The position numbers and the translations under genes were made by a program. Shown here piece by piece: positions 24,710-38,623 of a stretch of DNA of 64,000 nt (its first letter is position 1; every line of letters begins with the position of its first letter). The stretch is from NCBI RefSeq assembly GCF_006345805.1, contig NC_042997.1, forward strand, positions 139,128,001 through 139,192,000, written 5' to 3'. The notes under the pieces are model-generated. The model was not told the origin of the DNA, made no database searches, and was given only the letters and a program-made list of their open reading frames with translations. Source of the DNA: Octopus sinensis (taxonomy: Eukaryota).

Positions 24710-25400
24710 CAGCATGTAATTACTGACCATGTAATTACTGACGATGCGGCGTTGAGTTTTTTTTCTCTCTCGTTGGCTATTCGTGACCGGAATTCATAAG
24801 CACTCTCAAGTCCGTTGCTGGTAAATCCTTCTGCATTAGCAGCATACTGTAGCATGTCTTGTTCGCTGCTTACCAAATACTCGGCAATGCCTCTTCTTTC
24901 ACTGTCGATGCACTCCCGTACGCTAACTAGGCCACGTCCACCTTTACACTTCTTCATGTAGGGCTTGTGTACGTTTGCCTTAGAGTGGAGGGCACCATGC
25001 ATTGTCATTGTCTTTCGGGTAATGCGATTGAATTGATTACTCTCCGCTCGAGTCCATTTCAGAATGGGTGCACTGAAACGGGTTACAGCAACGGCCCATG
25101 TGTTGATGGCAGCCACAAGGTTCCTTGCGTTGAGTTTTGACTCCAAGAGAAGTTTGAGGCGCTTCAAATATGCAATGGTGACATTATCTTTCCTATCTCT
25201 GTGCAATATATTGTCCCAGGATCCCAAGGTACTTGTACCCATCATCATCTAGGTCTTCCATTCTCTCTGTTTGGCAATTCTATGCCCCTACAATCTGCTC
25301 TTGACCCCTTTTCAAAGTGAGCTCCGCACACTTTGAGACACGTTCTCAGCTATTCCACACATGTCGAGTGTTTCCAGAATCTACGAATGCAGCAAGTTCT
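24710..25400 (-). mobile_element. R4/Dong-like non-LTR fragment with internal deletion of the RT core
   Basis: ILETLDMCGIAENV joined almost directly to GYKYLGIL...LNARNLVAAINTWAVAV...KGGRGL; the GIFQGD and YMDD motifs are absent. Confidence 0.85.
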
Positions 25401-25867
25401 CTATCAGGTAATACATTCATTGGATTAACACTGCCTTAACTTTTGGTGCAATATCCATACAATCACGTGATCTGATATACAGACATAACAAGTAGTTATT
25501 ATACCTGTTAAATAGTGATATTTTCACTAGCCTAAAATAATATTTCAACTTTTGTTGCACCTAAGATTCATGAAGCCACGTGGTCAACTTCAACGAATCA
25601 AACTATGCCTAAAGTTCAACCATATTCTCGCCATAAAAAGAAGCACATTTTTCGAATTCCAGCCACATTCGAGACAAATATGACATAGCCTCAGGACCTT
25701 CCATCTCAGACTACTTCTAAAAGTCATGATATTGTGAAACCCGTTAAATAAAAGTAAATAAATCTTTTTAAAGACCCCCCAAGTGCATTTTCAGCCGTTG
25801 TTTGATGTATGTATGTACGTATGTATGTATGTACGTATGTATGCATGCATGTATGTATGTATGTATG

Positions 25868-25899
<32 letters not shown>

Positions 25900-26389
25900 C
25901 ATGTATGTATGTATGTATGTATGTATGTATGTATGTATGTATGTATGTATGTATGTATGTACGTACGTACGTATGTGTTTATGTATGTATGTATGTATGT
26001 ATGTATATATGTATGTATGTATGTATGCATGTATGTACATACGTATGTCATTGTTCGGTTTTATTTCAAAATTTCTTGTCAATGGAGAGTCGATTTCTAC
26101 TCTATATCCAAGGCACCTTCGTTGGAATTTCAACATCAACAACAAGTAATTTTGAATGTATTTTTGTATGTACGTATGTATGTATGTATGTATGTATGTA
26201 TGTATGTATGTATGTATGTTTGTATGTATGTATGTATGTATGTATGTATGTATGTATGTATGTATGTATGTATGTACATGTGCAGATTTGTATGTTTTGT
26301 TTTATGTATGTCTTCTCATGTATATAGTTGCATATCTAGATATTCTCATACATATTTAAATGATAAACCTCTAGTAAGTTTCACAGATT

Positions 26390-26745
26390 TCTACAGTTCC
26401 AGTGACGGATTGGATCTGTAGTCTTCGAATTAGCTTTCTCTTCTCTGGTTTTTGAAATACCTAATTTCTCAAGATTGGTATTTCTGCAGTATGTTACATA
26501 TCCCGGGGCCTCAGTGATTACAAGTATAAACCTGAACATGTATTCTGGATAGAGTAACTTCAGATTTCTCAATAATTCAGCGTAGATATTCTCTTTTTTA
26601 CTGATCTTCAGCTTTATGTTAACATCCGCTGGCAGCTAATTTCCACAACTGTACACAGTTTCTCTTCTCTATCCCAAATCATTATATCAGGCCTGTTGTG
26701 CTTACATTTTATTGTCCTCACTAGGACATTCCACCAGTACTCCTT
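26390..26745 (-). mobile_element. Restriction-like endonuclease (RLE) C-terminus of an R2/R4-type element
   Basis: HNRPDIMIWDREEKLCTVVEISC...KENIYAELLRNLKLLYPEY. Confidence 0.82.
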
Positions 26746-26889
26746 TTTATTATGAGTGGCACCTAAGATTCATATGTGTGTATGTATGTTATGTGTGTGC
26801 CTGTGTGCGCGGAGAGAGAGGGAAAATTATACAAATAGATAGATAGATATAAATGAACGAATGTATGTATGTATGTATTTATGTATGTA

Positions 26890-27350
26890 TGTATAGGTTG
26901 CAGAATATCTTTTATTTCAAGCGTGTTATATTGAAGACACCACTTTTTGAATTTACTCTCTTAATGATTTCTACTTCTTGTTTGATATTTCCTTATTAAT
27001 GCTTTATGTGTAGGTTTGAACAGGAAACTATCCAAGCTTTTAATGTTTCGAGATCTTCTCGACGTCATTAAATGGTTGTTTTTATGAGCTGAGATTTTAT
27101 AGTGAGAAGCAAGGATCAAGGGAATTATTTTTGTGTTAATAATATCATCGACGGATTTTAACCATTATCTCCAAATTACTTTCAGCAATCAGTGACTGTT
27201 CTTAGTTTATTACTAGGGTGCTGTATTTGAGCAAATTTTAGTTTTTTTGCTTTTTGTTTTTGATTTTTTTTATATTAATAAAGCTTCCATTTCCATTCGG
27301 CTAATTATTTCTGAAATTCTATATAGGATGGTTATGTTATCGACTGTTTT
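26890..27350 (-). mobile_element. Degenerate Penelope-like remnant
   Basis: Weak matches to the post-RT linker (RSRNI; NTLEIRYS after frame correction). Confidence 0.35.
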
Positions 27351-27994
27351 TCTATTCAGTTTTGCTTCATATTCTGCAACGCATGGCCATGCATTTGCAA
27401 CAGGAAGCCATTGAAGCTCATTACAATACGGAACACGAAATCAAACTAGATAGAAAAACATTAGTTAACACAACCATCTTATATAGAATTTTAGTAAAAA
27501 AAAAAAGGAGCAGAATTGCAATGACAGCTTTATTGACAACAAAATACAAACTAAAATTTATCATACAGATACAGCACCCTAATAATAAAGTAAGGACAGT
27601 TACTGTTTGCTAAGAGAAACATGAAGTAAACCGTTGACATTTTAAATCCGGCGTTGATGATTTATAAGTAATAACGTCATACCCATGATTATTCCTTACC
27701 TACCATAAAAATGCGGGAACAAAATGCACATTATGCTAGCACCTACTTCTTCCAGAAGAAGAGCTCGAGAAAGTTTCAATTTAGAATGGCGGACCAAGAG
27801 AATTCATTACTATAAACTAATCAGAAAGAGCTAAATGAAAGGACTAAGAAAAGACTAATAAAGAAATAGGGCATATGGAAAGGGAATGAAATCAAACATA
27901 GTGATGCCTTCTGTATATACATGAGTGTGCATGCATGCGTGTGTGTGCCTGTGGTGTGTGTGAGTGTGTGTGTGTGCGTGTACGCGCGCGCGAC

Positions 27995-28107
27995 GCAGGT
28001 ATGGCTTGCTTTAAAGTGAGGTGGGTCATTTTCGGATTCAGTCCCACCGAGCGGCATCTTGGGCAAGAGTCATCTATTATAGCCCTGTGCCGACCAACGC
28101 CTTGTGT
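27995..28107 (+). mobile_element. SINE family D 5' fragment
   Basis: ggattcagtcccaccg...cttgggcaag...ctattatagccc..gccgaccaacgccttgtg. Confidence 0.75.
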
Positions 28108-28480
28108 GTCTGTTGTCTTGTTTTGTTCTTACTGTCCTGTTCTTGTTACCACTTTTACCCCTCTGCAAAAAATCCCAAATTTTATTTAATTTGCTTTGCG
28201 AGAAGGATCGTTTCAACGAAGTCGCGTCTTGTCCTTACCTTCGATACGCGGAGTAGACGAAACAAGGACAACTGAAGAAGAGGAATGTTTCTTTTGTTGT
28301 ATGTCTTGTACTCTGTTCTTTCGTTATTTGAAAAAAAGTTCGTTTCCATGTTTTTGTTTTTATGTTTTCGTTTCTCATTGTGTTCAACGTTTTTTTGATG
28401 TCCTGAACCCATATATGCATGTATATATACATATAGATGTAGGTATGTACATATATGTATGTATAAATGCATATATTATA
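28107..28480 (+). mobile_element. PLE-tail-like dispersed repeat
   Basis: Matches 56300-56695 and 11160-11520, including ctgaagaag and ttttcgtttctcattgtgttc. Confidence 0.75.
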
Positions 28481-28499
28481 TATAATTAATATATATATA

Positions 28500-28557
<58 letters not shown>

Positions 28558-29419
28558 GAACATGCACACACATGTCTGTATGAAAATGCATACTTATATA
28601 TGAAGATATATGATAATACATATGTAGTACGTAATTTGTCCAAAAGTATATCACATCTTCACGAAGAAATTTTCTCAAAAGGAAACAATCCGCAGCTTCA
28701 TGCCCTTCAACGCTGTATATATATTTTGGAAAATACACAGATGACGATATTAATTTAGTATTATTTCAAGTGCCTTAAGTGTGTTAAGTACCTATTTTTG
28801 TTCATATGTGTGTAATGTGTGTGTGCGTGTGTATACCTGTTGCATATGTGTGTGCACGTATGAGTGTGTATGTGTGTGTGTGTACCTGTTGCATATGTGT
28901 GTGCATGTATGAGTATGTGTATATGCGTGTGTATATGTGTGTGTGCGTGTGTGCGTGTGTGCGCGTGCGTGGACACTAATTTCGATTTTTATAATAGATT
29001 GTTTCAAAACTGTTGAACAAAGAACCATATGTATTAAGCAACTACACATTTCAATAAACATATGTACATATGTATGTATGTATATACAGCTGTGTGTGTG
29101 TGTGTATACATACATGTGTGTGTATGTGCATGGATATATATGGAGAGAGAGAGAGAGGAGGAAAGTCGAAAACATACGTACAGCTGTTCCATACTTTTCT
29201 ACCCACTGATGCATTGTAGAAGTATCGTTTACAATCTTCGAAACATACATTGTCTAACAAATCAATAGATCTTTTCTAAAGTACATTATAGCAAGGAAAT
29301 AAAAGATACGAAAAAAGAAACGTTAATAAACCAGTAATTTATTGTTCAATATAGTACGCTGCCTAGAAAACTATTCAACATACAAATTCTTCTATTCTCT
29401 ATAATTCAACCCTAATGTT

Positions 29420-30190
29420 GGTTTCAAATTTTGGCACAAGGCCAGCAGTTCCGAGGGAGGAGGTATGTCGATTACGTCGACATCCAGTGCTTCTCTGGTA
29501 GTTATTTTATCGACCTTGGCAGAATTTGGTCTCAGAACATAAAGACGGGCGAAATGCTGGAAAATATTTAGCCCAGCGTGTTTACGATTCTACCAGCTTG
29601 CCACCTGAAACCTAAAGAATTATATTCGCTACAAGTTTTGGTACGAGGCTAGCAATTCCGTGCGAAGAAGAAAGTCGGTGACATCGACCCCAGTACACAA
29701 CTGGTACTTATTTTATTGACTCCGAAAGAATGAAAGGGAAAGTCGACCTCGGTAGAATTTAAACTCTGAACGTAAGGAAGGATGAAATACCGTTCAGCAT
29801 TTACCTGGTACTTTGATTCTACCAGTCCGCCGCCTTATTTTAACCCTAATGTTAGTGGGTTTGTTTAAGGCATTGAGCTGTCAGAATCGTTAGCACCGCG
29901 GGTAAAACGCTTTACGACATTTCGTCTGTCTTTACGTTCTGAATTCAAAGTCCGCTAAGGTCGACTTTGTCTTTCATCATTTTGGGATCGATAAAATAAG
30001 TACCAGTTGAGTCCTGGATTCGATATTATCAACTTACACCTGCCCCCTAAATCGTTGGTCTTGTGCCAAAATTTGAAATCAATATTTCGGGGTCGATAAA
30101 ATAAATACCAGTTGAACAATAGAGTCGATATGATTGGCTTATCTCCTCTCTAGAAACTGCAGGCCTTGTGCTAAATTTAGGCTAATATAT
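29420..30190. mobile_element. Cluster of four family-C SINE copies (two minus, then two plus)
   Basis: ~29420-29605 (-), ~29630-29835 (-), ~29870-30082 (+), ~30085-30190 (+); shared caaattttggcacaaggccagca and its reverse complement. Confidence 0.82.
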
Positions 30191-30470
30191 ATGTGTGTAT
30201 CTGTGTCACGATTCTGTTTCAGGCTTACTCTTTTTAACAATCAGATTACGTCTCGTAACTTAGCAGTCGTCAAACATCTAACATTAAAATAAGTAGCAGA
30301 TGTGAAAATAAGTCCTAATGTTCTATCGCTGTTAAAGGTTGTGCTACCATATGATTAGAGTCATATCTATATATATACATGTGCCACAGTATGGGTCCTT
30401 TTGACATGCCTTTTCAATCCTCCAACTGAAAGGCGCACCTTTCCACAGGTTGCACATGTATGTATATATA

Positions 30471-31672
30471 TAGGGTGCGTGAAGTATTTGAGACTATATG
30501 TTAATTTTACTATTGCAGGATATTTATCAACTTAATATTTTCTATATTTCAGAATTATCAATGGAAGAAATGAAGAGGCACGCAGTCATCGTAGCTATAA
30601 AGGCTGAACATAGCAATTTAGAAATAGCACAATTTTTAAAAGCCGCTAGATCCTTCGTCTACAAAATCCGCAAGGATTTAGAGGCTAACAACGGAAATGT
30701 ATCGCCAGTATCAAAACGTAAGAAACATTGTACACGCACTGATATTATTAGAACACCAGAGTTTATGTAACAAGTAAAGCAGACCATTGATGACAATCTC
30801 AGAAGTTCCATGAGGTTGATTGCCAAAGAACACCATGTGTCAAAAGAACCATCCGAATTGTTGTCCACAAAGACATCAGATACAAATCTTATGTGATAAA
30901 CAGAGAAGGAAAATCGCTTAATCAAATCCAAAAGACTCCAGAATGAACTTAAAAACCCAGCAGAGAAAAATGATATTTGGTTCTTCTCAGACGAGAATAA
31001 CTTTGATCAAAATCGGAAAGTAAACAAGAAATGACAGATGGCTATGTACAAGCCCTTCGGAAGTTCCAAGAGTAATTTCCTGCAACTGTCATGGTTTTAG
31101 TTGGCTGTCAGTAATGAAAGACATGTGATGCCTCCTCATTTCTTTCCACAAGGTCTTCAAGTAAACACTGCTGCCTACAAGGATGTTCTGAATACAGTGA
31201 GTAAGTATGGATCGATAATGTACGCAACGGAAGAACTTATGTGTTTCAACAAGATTCGGCACCATCACACAAGGCTACAGCAAAGTAGGAATGGATGGTG
31301 GAAAATTTTCATGACCACATACTCCCCAGCATTTGGCCTCCTAGCTCCCCAGATCTCAATCCATTGGACTACTATGTACGGAGTGTAGTTGAGAAAGAGG
31401 TTAATGAGCACCTTCATGACATCAAAAAATCCCTAAAAGCCTCCATAGTCAGAATAATGTCCTATATGAACACAGACCACTTGATCATAGCATGTAGGCG
31501 ATTCAGACCTCACATAGAAGCCGTTATTGAAGCTGAAGGAGACATTATTGAATAAAATGACGAAACAGTATTTTTATTCTTATCCTCAAAACCTTTTTCA
31601 GTAAAAAGGCATTATTGTCTGTTTCTAAGAGTTATTTTTGTATGACTGTCCTCAAATACCTTACGCACCCTG
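30471..31672 (+). mobile_element. DD37D/maT-type Tc1-mariner transposon with both TIRs, inactivated
   Basis: TIRs (c/t)agggtgcgt..ggtatttgag flanked by TA. MKRHAVIVAIKAEHSNLEIA..., WFFSDE, WPPSSPDLNPLDYYV; stops and frameshifts. Confidence 0.93.
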
Positions 31673-31775
31673 TATATATATATACACATACATACATATA
31701 TATGTGTGCGTGTGTGTGTGTAAATATATGTATATATATATATATACATATATATATGTGTTTATATATATAGAC

Positions 31776-31844
<69 letters not shown>

Positions 31845-31849
31845 TGGGA

Positions 31850-32090
31850 TGCGGTGATAAACAGTCGTCTAAATTACGCAAAAATAAAAATAACACTGAC
31901 ATCTCATTTTAACATATATTTACCAAACTTACATAACTATATCTTGAAACACTAAAGAGTAAATTTATTCAATAGAATCGCCATTGGCTTCAACCACGGC
32001 CTCCAGACGACTTCGGAATCTTCTGCAACTCTTCTGGACGGTTCTTGTTTAAGTTGATCAATGCTGCCATAATTCTTGCCTTCAGTTCAT
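31850..32090 (-). mobile_element. 3' end of a second DD37D/maT-like transposon
   Basis: ELKARIMAA...CRRFRSRLEAVVEANGDSIE* on the minus strand (frameshifted). Confidence 0.75.
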
Positions 32091-32516
32091 ACATATGCCT
32101 AATTTATTTATATTAAGAAATATATGTAATAAATTTTGGACAGTGAGTTATAACAACATCAACAATAAGTCACGGACTGCTTTTTGTGGCTTTAAGTCGT
32201 ATGAGTTTCGGTCGGTTTCAGTAATGGAGAGCGTAATTGAAAGGAAACGTCGCTTCGAAAAAGTTGGTATTTACTTGCCAGCACCCGTATTTAGTCACGG
32301 CCAGCTTTATGTGGCCTTAAGTCGTGCAAGAAGGAAGGAAAATTTTAAAATTCTTTTGAAGGAAACAAGGCGTCAAGGGATGTTAGTTGCGGATAGATTT
32401 TTCACAAAAACATTTAGTAATAAAAGAATTATTACACTAAAAATTTGGTTTTGTAACTTATCTATACATCAAATACTACAATTAGCCGTCATATTTGACG
32501 GCACAGGGCCAGCTAG
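32091..32516 (+). mobile_element. Helitron 3' end with short helicase fragment
   Basis: FEKVGIYLPAPVFSHGQLYVALSRAR; hairpin gccgtc-atattt-gacggc; CTAG at 32513-32516 followed by T. Confidence 0.88.
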
Positions 32517-32523
32517 TTATATG

Positions 32524-32607
<84 letters not shown>

Positions 32608-32832
32608 CATAATAATAATAAGAAGAAGAAGAATAATAAGAATAATAATAATATAATAATAATAATAATATAATAATAATAATATAATAATATAATAATA
32701 ATAATAATAATAGGGAATATTATTCCAAACTTACAGGGAAAAATCCATATATTATAAAAATTACATACGTATATGGTATAATTTAATTATATCATTGTTG
32801 AATTGTTAAAAGGTGGCGTTTTTCTAATTCAT

Positions 32833-32955
<123 letters not shown>

Positions 32956-33177
32956 TCCTTCTATTCTTTTGTATTGGCCATACAGCATGCGTCCGTTCGA
33001 AATTTTTTAATTTCTTACCGGTGTTCAGATTCTCGAACTCCAACTGACTGAGTCAGGTAATGGCGCACATTCTGAGCTAATGTAGGTGGAGTGGTGGCAG
33101 ACCATGTCAGCACGTGTGTATGTGTGTAACCGCATGCAAATGCCCTTGCGTATATGTAATGAACTATATGTAATAAA

Positions 33178-33595
33178 GGCGGCGAGCTGGCTGAAACGTT
33201 AGCACGCCGGATGAAATGCTTAGCGGTATTTCGTCTGTCGTTACGTTGTGATTTCAAATTCCGCCGAGGTCGACTTTGCCTTTCATCCTTTCGGGGTCTA
33301 TAAATTAAGTACCAGTTCCGCACCGGGGTCGATATAATCGATTTAATACCTATGTCTGTCCTTGTTTGTCCCCTCTGTGTTTAGCCCCTTGTGGGTAATA
33401 AAGAAATAGGTATTTCGTCTGCGTTACGTTGTGAATTCAAAATCCGCCGAGGTCGACTTTGCCTTTCATCCTTTCGGGGTCGATAAATTAAGTACTAGTT
33501 ACGCACTGGGGTCGATGTAATCGACTTAATACCTATGTCTGTCCTTGTTTGTCCCCTCTGTGTTTAGCCCCTTGTAGGTAATAAAGAAATAGGTA
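33178..33595 (+). mobile_element. SINE family C with tandem duplication of its 3' ~190 bp
   Basis: ggtatttcgtctg...gtaataaagaaatag occurs twice (~33225-33410 and ~33410-33595). Confidence 0.9.
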
Positions 33596-33659
33596 TATGT
33601 AATGAACTTCGTGATAATTTGGACTTTGCTCTGCCTTTTCTTTTCTGTCCTCATCTCCC

Positions 33660-34020
33660 TCTGTCTTTGTCTGTTTATCTCTATCTCTATCTATCTCTGT
33701 CTCTGTCTATCTCTGTCTCTGTCTATCTCTATCTCTATCTATCTCTGTCTCTGTCTATCTCTGTCTCTATCTATCTCTGTCTCTGTCTATCTCTGTCTCT
33801 GTCTATCTCTGTCTCTGTCTATCTCTGTCTCTGTCTATCTCTGTCTCTGTCTATCTCTGTCTCTATATATCTCTGTCTCTGTCTATCTCTGTCTCTATAT
33901 ATCTCTGTCTCTGTCTATCTCTGTCTCTGTCTATCTCTGTCTCTGTCTATCTCTGTCTCTGTCTATCTCTTTCTCTGTCTATCTCTGTCTCGGTCTATCT
34001 ATGTCTCTGTCTATCTTTCT
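33660..34020. repeat. 16-bp minisatellite (tctatctctgtctctg)n
   Basis: Direct reading; explains the SLSLC/ISVSV ORFs. Confidence 0.95.
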
Positions 34021-34092
34021 CACTTTTCCCTGTCTTTCTCTCTCTCTCTCTCTCACTTGCACGCGCACACACAACACGCGCACACGCACGCA

Positions 34093-34159
<67 letters not shown>

Positions 34160-34652
34160 ATTCTTTTTCGATAATTAGGTATGCATATCTCCAATTTCGT
34201 AAATGTAGTTATGCAGCAAATTGTATTCTTCTACTTCATTTTCTTCTAACGCTGTGAAATTGGCAATGCAACTTCCATTATAAATAGCCTAATAACCACT
34301 GATGAAAAGTACAGATAGACGGCTAATCGGTGAAATATCAAATGAGAGATAGAATAAGTGTGTGTGTGTGTGAGATAGCTAGATAGGGACTAAAAGTTAT
34401 TTGGGATGGTTATCCATTGTCTTCTTCAATATACTTATGCGAAAGTGTCGGTCAAAGTTAAAGATTTTCTGTGACGCTTTGGCAAAATACAATTTTGGCG
34501 ACAATGTTAAGACGTTGATTTATAACGATTATAAAACAAAAGTTCATTTTCAGTCTCTTCTTAATAGGTGTGCATATACACATATATACGAGTAATGTAT
34601 AGGTGTGGTGTGTATGTATGTATATATATGTGTGTGTATATATGTATATATA

Positions 34653-34692
<40 letters not shown>

Positions 34693-34725
34693 ATAATATA
34701 TATATACATATATATATATTATTAT

Positions 34726-34756
<31 letters not shown>

Positions 34757-36036
34757 TATAAGATAGATAGATAGATATATAGATAGATAGATGATATAGA
34801 TATAGATATACAGTCACGTTTATACAAACGTACATATACGCATGCATATACACACATGTACCCACACACACAAACGTGTATAATGCACATATATGCGCAT
34901 AGACATACATATTTATATACGTACATATATTGTTGGTAATCTGTAACGACCAAGAGGGATGAATTTTTTGTTGAACAACCTACACAAATGATTTGTTTAT
35001 AGTGACGATGAGAACTAGACAGAGCTCGAAGTAAATGTTCTCAAAAAACACTATAAATATGAAACGCAGGTTACCCTCCTGTGAAGAGTAGGAAACTACT
35101 TTCCACGAAGGAAATCTCATATCTTATAAAGGAGAGCCCATTTCTTTTGAAAGGGAACATACATCCTTCCTGACGAAAATGAAATTTACTACCCTCCACA
35201 AGACTAATAAAGTCTCATAGGATATTTATACGGTAAACGCCAAGAATTTCTAGTTGAAGTACGGATCGAGAAGGAAACCAGATCACATTTTAAACAACAT
35301 TAAAATAGCTGAATACTAGTAGAAATTTCGGATAGGTATTATAAAGTGTCATATATCAACAATGAAACTCCTAATGAGGCCCGGTGTCCTCTTTAATACC
35401 CCTCCTGCAACTGAGAGCCTAGGTGAAGCTCTCCAGCCCTATAATGCAATTCCACCTGAGTGAAGGACGCTCCACTATAAAGCCTGAAACTTTATATTGG
35501 TCCGCACAGTCGTCTTAGCTGGTCACCACAGTCGTTTTAACTTACTGGGCCTCTGTTGTCAGACCTCCGCGTGTGGGATCAAATTGCACAGATTGATTGT
35601 CACTTTAAAACTACTAAGCGCAGGCAGGAAGAAAAGATCTACAACGTCATGAGTCGGTTTTAACAGTCATATAAAGGTGTGCCGCTCTTCGAACACAAAG
35701 AACTTGCCATTAGTGCAACAGTTCAAAGGTTATGGGGTTTAACTTGCCCACTCTAACCCGAGAGTTCTTCATACAAAATACTGGAATTTCCATCGCAAAG
35801 GATCTGGAGTAGACGTTCAGTTTTTATATACATATTTTCTTCCAGTTATTGTTTTATCGTACTTCTTAAAATATTTATTCCACGTAAAACTCTCGTTTTG
35901 ACGAAAAATGTATTACTGTACAAATATATAGTGCTGTACTGTACTCGTATATTGTGATAAATTAGTTAGTCTTGTCGAAAAGGTGTATGGTGATATCCGC
36001 AGTATCAACCGTATAAAATTTCAATTTTAATTGCTG

Positions 36037-36100
<64 letters not shown>

Positions 36101-36117
36101 ACACATATATATATATA

Positions 36118-36530
36118 GAAGTGGCTGTAGATAAGTAGATTCATTACAAACCACCCGGTTTCGGGTTCAGTCCCACTGCGTGGTACCTTGGGCAAGCGTC
36201 TTCTACTATAGCCTCGGGCCGACCAAAGCCTTGTGAGTGGATTTGGTAGACTGAAACAGAAAGAAGCCCGTCGTATATGTGTGTGTGTGTGTATGTGTGT
36301 GTGGGGGGGTGTCTGTGTATACGTTTGTGTGTCTGTGTTTCTCCACCCAACATCACTTAACAACCGATGCTGGTGTGTTTACGTCCCCGTAACTTAGCGG
36401 TTCGGCAAAAGAGACCGATAGAATAAGTACTAGGCTTACGAAGAATAAGTCCTGGGGTCGATTTGCTCGACTAAAGGCGGTGTTCCAGCATGGCCACAGT
36501 CAAATGACTGAAACAAGTAAAAGAGTAAAC
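36118..36530 (+). mobile_element. SINE family D, full length
   Basis: gggttcagtcccactgcgtggtaccttgggcaag...ccagcatggccacagtcaaatgactgaaacaagtaaaagag. Confidence 0.9.
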
Positions 36531-36619
36531 AGAGAGAGTATGTATATACACACGCACACACGCATATATATATATGTGTGTAGTGTATATGTACATATAT
36601 ATATGCATGTTTATATATG

Positions 36620-36668
<49 letters not shown>

Positions 36669-37271
36669 AGATATATATATATATATATACATATATACAT
36701 ACATTCATATGTCCGTACTGACATACATATGTTATACTATACATTACAGCAGCTATTTTGTAAAATAATCGTTGAGATATTTATCTTTTAATTATTTCTT
36801 TATTATATAAATATCACGACTTCAAAGACAATATAGCTTTAGTGTCGAACATTAAGATACGTTGCTGACGTTTGATTCGGAGATAGAAGTGTATGCTTCA
36901 AATTCTCGGCCGCTGCTTATAAAGGATTATTTGTTATTATAACCATAGGTGATTGCAAGCATTGTAAGAAGGATAGAATTCCATAAAAGTACATGAAAAT
37001 TAGGTTAAAGCGAACTTCGGTATTATTGAAATGTAGCTGAATTGTGAACAAAATCTAAACAAGAACTTTCAATTACACACAAACGCTCGCTGGATTACAT
37101 GCATGTGCGATCGTACACATAAGCTCGCATATTACACACGCACTCATACACATACCGCATACGCATACACACATACATAACAAAAACGTACACACATATA
37201 AAAACATACACACATAAAAACATACATACGAAAAAACGAGTACTGAGTACAATAGGTAGAGTTCTATAATA

Positions 37272-38615
37272 TACTAGTTGAATTACCCGGCGTTTCCCTG
37301 GTTACTGCTGTTCTTATTCAGATTAGTAAACAATAAATACGAAGATATATTTTTTGTCATAATTATTTCAAAATATCTATATTTTATTTTAAAATATCCA
37401 AATTGTAATGATTATAGAATTTAGAACTGAAAATCTGTCAGTCTTGAAACACCTCAGGGTAAACAATATTCATTGTGAATTTTTTTGTTGATACCTAAAT
37501 GAATAAATTGTTACTGCTTCCAACTCGTGAGCAACCAACATAGAATTGGCTGTGGGAGAAGCATGTAGTAGAGGGATCAAGTCCAACTACCTTGAGGGAT
37601 TGACTCTGAGATTTGTTGACTGAAATACCAAAACTTTGTTTGTCTGGAAACTGAAGCCTCTTAAATTCAAATGGAACATCTGTAGGTATGAGAGGAAATT
37701 TTGGAATAAAGACATCTTTTTGACTACCTGTTATGATTGTTGCCTGTAGGACATGGGACTTCATGGAAGTAACAATTAAGTGAGTTCCATTACACAGGCG
37801 CGGTAAGTCAAGATTCCTAAGCAACATAATGGGAGCACCCAGTTTTAGTTTCAAGTTATATGGTGGCATCCCAGTGAGTTTAAGTGTGTTCAGAAATTCA
37901 GTAGCTTGAAATTCAGCCTAATCTTGATCGACTGTCATTTAAATTGATGGAAATGTCATTTCTGATGTATCTGTTAACTTTTGAAGAAATTCATGATTGA
38001 GTTTATCAACCATTTCATTAGTTGCAGCAAGAATAGCTCTTTTACATAACCAGTTTACATCAGTGTAATTGATAACTACTCATACACTCGCGCACACATA
38101 CACTCTCACATACACTTACAAAAAGATACTATAAGAGACACACACAGAGACATACATTTACATAACGAACGTGCAAACATACACACTCACAGACACATGC
38201 ACACTCATGTACAAAATGTGTCGTTGTCGTATTGGTATAAAATGTCCCTTGCTAGGCAGTACGTATCGAACGCGCAAACACACAAACTCAAAGACACTTG
38301 CACGCTCATATACAAAATGTGTCGTCGTGGTATAAAATGTCCTTTACTATGTCGTGCATATTGAACGCGCAAATATACAAAATGTTGTGTCGTTGTCATC
38401 GTCGTATCGTGGTATAAAATCTTCCTTTACGATATTTGAATATAGAAAGATCATTTTAGATGTTATATTATTCTAATCCAAATAAACATTTAAAAAAATT
38501 ACATGTTAGCACTCATGGGGTCTAATATTATTACTTTATAAAATTCGATTTGACTTGGTGGAGCCGTTTGAGAATGCATAAGGAACAGACAGACAGACTG
38601 ACAAATAATTTTATA
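37272..38615 (-). mobile_element. Internally deleted Helitron with helicase fragment (37495-38070) and a ~100-bp internal tandem repeat
   Basis: GMPPYNLKLKLGAPIMLLRNLDLPRLCNGT...FKRLQFP...FSHSQFYVGCSRV. CTAG and hairpin at ~37273-37300; TC..TATATAAAA-like 5' end near 38615. Confidence 0.88.
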
Positions 38616-38623
38616 TAGAGAGT

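Noticed and set aside
24481-24726. Poly-Asp, poly-Met and poly-Ile ORFs
   Set aside because: Translations of a (GAT/GAC)n microsatellite.
25768-26421. MYVC/HTYI-repeat ORFs here and at 8-10, 19.7 and 44.6-45.5 kb
   Set aside because: Translations of (TATG)n, (TA)n and (TG)n repeats.
35450-35820. Possible RTE endonuclease remnant on the minus strand
   Set aside because: Only faint motif similarity; too degraded to call.
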